DNA from: Candidatus Saccharimonadota bacterium
GTDB lineage: Bacteria; Patescibacteriota; Gracilibacteria; Absconditabacterales; Absconditicoccaceae
Direction: 5' to 3'
DNA length: 32,000 nt
Assembly (NCBI GenBank): GCA_965231145.1
Contig: OZ246420.1
Coordinates: forward strand, 420,001-452,000
The notes beneath the pieces are model-generated. The model had not been told where the DNA came from. It saw only the letters and a program-made list of their open reading frames with translations, and ran no database searches. Positions 30,238 to 32,000 of the stretch are shown piece by piece. Position 1 is the stretch's first letter. Each line of letters starts with the position of its first letter. The position numbers and the translations under genes are program-made.

Positions 30238-30265
30238 TTGACTTAGATAAGCCGCTCAGTACAAT
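30238..30265 (+). promoter_or_regulatory. sigma-70-type promoter TTGACT-N16-TACAAT with a conserved leader
   Basis: Paralogous to 30773-30800. The leader TTTAACCCTGTCGATCTCGACAAGCGTCATTAA is conserved in the second cassette. Confidence 0.6.
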
Positions 30266-30325
30266 TTAACCCTGTCGATCTCGACAAGCGTCATTAAAAA
30301 TTAATCACAAATCTAAACACATTTT

Positions 30326-30703
30326 ATGAAAAAAGCATTCTTATTGTTTGCAGCAAGCTTACTAACTACTACATGCGCTGTAGCCGCAAAACGCATCACA
30401 GTGGATGCGGCTATGAAGCAAATCGCATCTGTTCTTCCGCAGCAGGGACCATCTACAAAATGGCTCTACATTGAAGCGGGTAAAGAGACCTGTAAAGTGT
30501 TCAATAGCACAGACGGTCATACTCATGAATTTACCCTTTCTCATGTCGTATGGAAATACGATGAATTGACAGGGAAAATACAGAAAAACACTTCTGTATC
30601 TAAGAAAGCGGCTCGTACTATCCGGCGTTTTTGTCGTGATATAAGCGAAAACGACTATTCCGTCGAGTATGTCTCTAAAGCGCAGGCTGAATGTATGAAC
30701 TAA
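30326..30703 (+). CDS. secreted/lipoprotein-like hypothetical protein (125 aa)
   Basis: Signal-peptide-like N-terminus MKKAFLLFAASLLTTTCAVAA. TAA at 30701-30703. No TGA. Confidence 0.6.
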   Translation: MKKAFLLFAASLLTTTCAVAAKRITVDAAMKQIASVLPQQGPSTKWLYIEAGKETCKVFNSTDGHTHEFTLSHVVWKYDELTGKIQKNTSVSKKAARTIRRFCRDISENDYSVEYVSKAQAECMN

Positions 30704-30719
30704 TGCTAATATATTATCA

Positions 30720-30746
30720 ATCAGCCGGTCCTCCGGCTGATTTTTC
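30720..30746 (+). terminator. intrinsic terminator
   Basis: TCAGCCGG-TCCT-CCGGCTGA followed by a T5 run. Confidence 0.7.
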
Positions 30747-30772
30747 TTTTCTAAAAGAAAAACCAGTTATCA

Positions 30773-30800
30773 TTGACTTATATTGCTGGCTCCGTACAAT
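30773..30800 (+). promoter_or_regulatory. sigma-70-type promoter TTGACT-N16-TACAAT with a conserved leader
   Basis: Same hexamers, spacing and downstream leader as 30238-30265. Confidence 0.6.
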
Positions 30801-30866
30801 TTACTCCTGTCAATATCGACACGTTCATTAACATTTATCACGAATCAAAAACACCAAACAATTACA

Positions 30867-31793
30867 ATGAAAAAAACACTATTGTTGCTCGTTTTCGCCT
30901 TTGCGCTTTGTTCTAATACTGCTACAGCGCAGCAGGACTCTCTGCTTGATATTATGAGGGGGAGAATGAAAGAATATAAAGACTCTACTTACACCATCGA
31001 AGTTTCGCCGCAAACGGCTGACTTCATGCAATTGCTGACGGCTATTACGTTGGCTGGCGATGTGCCTCCCAAAATAAATTACTTCTTACAGCCTAGTAGT
31101 TCAACACGATTTATTATTGTGCCCCGTATGTTCAAATACCCAGCATTCATAGGCGCTGATTATTATGAGTGTGATTATCGGTACGGTCAGCTAAAGTGGC
31201 ATTACAACATGCATAACCAATCATGTGAAAATGTTACTATTCGTGTGAAAAGCGGTAATAGGTATACGCAGCGCGGTCAGGTGCTTGATATACAGGAGGG
31301 CCTCTACTCTTTGCTTGAGGACGTTAAACATAAACGTTTATACGAAATTCCTGTTATAGACGTTCGCAAGAAGAGTGAGTTGGAAATACTCCCTTCACCA
31401 GTCTTTACTTTTTTGGAACCTGAATACTTTAAGTATGATAGTGTCTTGGGCTTCTATAGCACCACTGTTCAGCCTGATGTAGAGGGTTCGGCTGAGCTTT
31501 TTCAGCTACTTAACAGCATTACTATGAAAACAAAAGGAAGTATCAGTAAAAATACCTACCAACTTGTTACACCTACGAAAGATATTCCTATTCAGGAGGT
31601 AATAGGAAGTTACTATTATCAGTTCGGAGATATAAGTTGGTATGCAGAACATGGTAAGGTTACTCAAGTACATATCTATACTTCCAATATCTCGAAACTT
31701 ATGGTGGAGGGTATTTTGTATCAGCATGTTCTGTCACTTGTGGCAAACGACATTCAGCAGGACAAATGGACGGTCGACAACCGTAAATTATAA
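30867..31793 (+). CDS. secreted hypothetical protein (308 aa)
   Basis: ATG 30867, MKKTLLLLVFAFALCSNTATAQQ (signal peptide). TAA at 31791-31793. No TGA. Confidence 0.6.
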   Translation: MKKTLLLLVFAFALCSNTATAQQDSLLDIMRGRMKEYKDSTYTIEVSPQTADFMQLLTAITLAGDVPPKINYFLQPSSSTRFIIVPRMFKYPAFIGADYYECDYRYGQLKWHYNMHNQSCENVTIRVKSGNRYTQRGQVLDIQEGLYSLLEDVKHKRLYEIPVIDVRKKSELEILPSPVFTFLEPEYFKYDSVLGFYSTTVQPDVEGSAELFQLLNSITMKTKGSISKNTYQLVTPTKDIPIQEVIGSYYYQFGDISWYAEHGKVTQVHIYTSNISKLMVEGILYQHVLSLVANDIQQDKWTVDNRKL

Positions 31794-31818
31794 ACATTCC
31801 ATATCATTTCAATAATAG

Positions 31819-31847
31819 ATCAGCTGGGCTTTCCCGGCTGATTTTTT
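31819..31847 (+). terminator. intrinsic terminator (paralog of 30720-30746)
   Basis: CAGCTGGG-CTTT-CCCGGCTG followed by a T6 run. Confidence 0.7.
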
Positions 31848-31915
31848 GTTTGAATCGGGTCTTGCTTTGGCTATCAAAACACTTATTATTCTCTTGTTCA
31901 TCAAATGTAGATCAT

Positions 31916-32000
31916 ATGGAAAAAGAATCACTCGTCATTGAAATTAAGAATCATCCCTCCTATTTGCTGGATGTTCATGGTACATATGAGTACCTTATGG
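31916..32000 (+). CDS. partial CDS (N-terminus only), hypothetical
   Basis: ATG 31916, MEKESLVIEIKNHPSYLLDVHGTYEYLM..., open to the window end. Confidence 0.3.
   Translation, partial: MEKESLVIEIKNHPSYLLDVHGTYEYLM

Overview
Low-GC bacterial chromosomal segment that is only coherent under genetic code 25 (UGA = Gly), as used by Gracilibacteria/BD1-5 and Absconditabacteria/SR1 in the CPR/Patescibacteria. Housekeeping genes that look shattered in the standard six-frame track (ligA, pheT, rpoD, rsmG, rsmH, a dus-type gene, a uup-like ABC-F, an M20 peptidase) become single co-linear frames when in-frame TGA is read as sense. The TGA codons repeatedly fall on invariant glycines: LSG-G-E, DV-G-TGG-G-IP, NI-G-CP, NV-G-G-R and the GS of a nucleotidyltransferase. 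No frameshifts are needed, so these are not pseudogenes. The main hidden feature is the apparently ORF-free, very AT-rich stretch 18031-19434 on the minus strand. Read with table 25 it encodes a tightly coupled two-gene operon: a SMODS/CD-NTase-like nucleotidyltransferase (8 in-frame TGA) followed 9 nt later by a small 2-TM SLATT-like effector (5 in-frame TGA). That is a minimal CBASS-like defence module invisible to code-11 gene calling. Further accessory content lies at 21.9-27.4 kb: AbiEi-like and HEPN-motif proteins, a UPF0489-like protein, small promoter/terminator cassettes and a class-3 lipase next to a membrane protein. The window also carries several families of word-like imperfect palindromes. 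Some are intergenic in both orientations, and some are inserted in frame inside conserved genes (rsmH, the UPF0489-like gene, the dus-type gene), reminiscent of Rickettsia palindromic elements. Ten plus-strand promoters share a TTGayw-N16/17-TAnnAT architecture. No rRNA, tRNA or CRISPR array was found. All coordinates, translations and family assignments were made by hand and from memory of family motifs; no database search was run.
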